Below, one piece after another: positions 63,324-64,000 of a stretch of 64,000 nt of DNA. A model generated the notes under the pieces. The model saw nothing but the letters and a program-made list of their open reading frames with translations. It was not told the origin of the DNA and ran no database searches. This stretch comes from an uncultured Gammaproteobacteria bacterium (GTDB taxonomy: Bacteria > Patescibacteriota > Patescibacteriia > Patescibacteriales > WJLG01), in NCBI GenBank assembly GCA_964395625.1, contig CAYNAR010000001.1, positions 64,019 to 128,018 of the forward strand, given 5' to 3'. Both the position numbers and the translations under genes were made by a program. Within the stretch, counting starts at the first letter, position 1. Each line of letters opens with the position of its first letter.

Positions 63324-63956
63324 TTAGGCGTATTTTTCCTCGTAATAATCAAGGTCGATTGAGGTTCTGAATTCTTTGTTTGAAATGGTTTTAACCTTTT
63401 CAATTTTATTTCCCCAATCGTTTGGCGTATTGGGGTATCTTTCGGAGTGATAATCTTTTTCTTCCTGAAATCTTTTTAAGAAGGCATCAAGAAGAAGTAT
63501 CTTATCTTCGTCTGCACAGGAAACAACTGTAAGAAATACGGCGAAATCCATTATGGCCGGCATAATATCAACAATACCAAAGAGCCGGTAGATGTTGTTT
63601 TTGACGGTTTTCTCATCAAGTATTTCAAAGAAAGTTTCTTCGGCAAGGGTTAGTCGTGCGAATGGCTCGCATCCAAAGTAGCAAGACTTTGAGAATAGCT
63701 CAATTACTAATGAGTGATCACTTACTTCAATCTTCATTCTTCCTGAGCCGGTTGTGTGGGTAAGAATCCCATCCTGTTCATTGTTCCATGGCCCGAAGCA
63801 CGGAAAGGAGTTGTCTTCATCGTTTATTTCGGCAGCGATTACCATTGCCTGATAGAGATCGTCGATTGTGTTGATTTCGTTCAGCACATTAATTTCAGGG
63901 GCGCATCCGTGCCCTAATCTTCTTGAAATTTCTCCGGCGATTCGTGCAAAATTCAT
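63324..63956 (-). CDS. Hypothetical protein
   Basis: 210-aa ORF with AAAGGA RBS-like sequence; hairpin terminator at about 63290-63320. Confidence 0.5.
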   Translation of the reverse strand: MNFARIAGEISRRLGHGCAPEINVLNEINTIDDLYQAMVIAAEINDEDNSFPCFGPWNNEQDGILTHTTGSGRMKIEVSDHSLVIELFSKSCYFGCEPFARLTLAEETFFEILDEKTVKNNIYRLFGIVDIMPAIMDFAVFLTVVSCADEDKILLLDAFLKRFQEEKDYHSERYPNTPNDWGNKIEKVKTISNKEFRTSIDLDYYEEKYA

Positions 63957-64000
63957 TTCCTAATCCTTTGATTGTGTGGAAAAATATTATTTGTTTTTTA

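Overview
All calls come from reading the sequence and the ORF track; no database search, folding or statistics were run. The window looks like a low-GC, small-gene, uncultivated bacterium with Patescibacteria/CPR-like gene content (inference only). It uses the standard genetic code.

Layout:
(1) 1-4.7 kb: atpA (5'-truncated), atpG, atpD, atpC.
(2) 4.8-15.8 kb: envelope-glycan cluster with a Wzz-like protein, an O-antigen-ligase-like protein, a radical SAM, a methyltransferase, two GT4 enzymes and secreted orphans.
(3) 16-27.5 kb: lipoprotein paralogs, a short TsaB, the dcw block mraZ-rsmH-ftsL-like-ftsI-murF, a sugar nucleotidyltransferase, a GT2, rplU, an RRM protein and tRNA-Ser(UGA).
(4) 27.8-40 kb: orphan secreted, lipoprotein or acidic proteins, including a CAP-domain protein and a CHAT-like protease operon, plus a GT2.
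(5) 40.0-54.5 kb: the stand-out region, described below.
(6) 54.5-62.3 kb: a very AT-rich glycosylation block (GT4 fusion, LbH acetyltransferase, GT2, flippase-like protein, GT-C enzyme, LamG protein).
(7) 62.4-64 kb: a second NYN gene and an orphan.

The 40.0-54.5 kb region is an accessory cassette array. At least 10 same-orientation copies of a composite repeat cut it into small units. The one full copy (47535-47877) is 343 bp and has about 26-bp terminal inverted repeats, two bidirectional terminator hairpins and an internal consensus promoter. A second promoter/leader module occurs three times in the same region.

The cassettes carry a GNAT, a DUF3800 protein, an HhH-glycosylase-like protein, an RX4H (HEPN-like) protein flanked by two zinc-ribbon proteins, an NYN RNase-like gene, and a HEPN two-gene pair on the opposite strand. 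They also carry two radical-SAM operons, each followed by an unannotated Cys-containing short peptide ORF (35 aa at 50307-50414; 46 aa at 53404-53544). I read these as novel RiPP (ranthipeptide/sactipeptide-like) loci.

Other points of note: an in-frame TAG splits atpC; a 54-bp direct repeat duplicates the tRNA-Ser 3' end plus its terminator; several promoter, short RNA, terminator units sit directly upstream of accessory genes.
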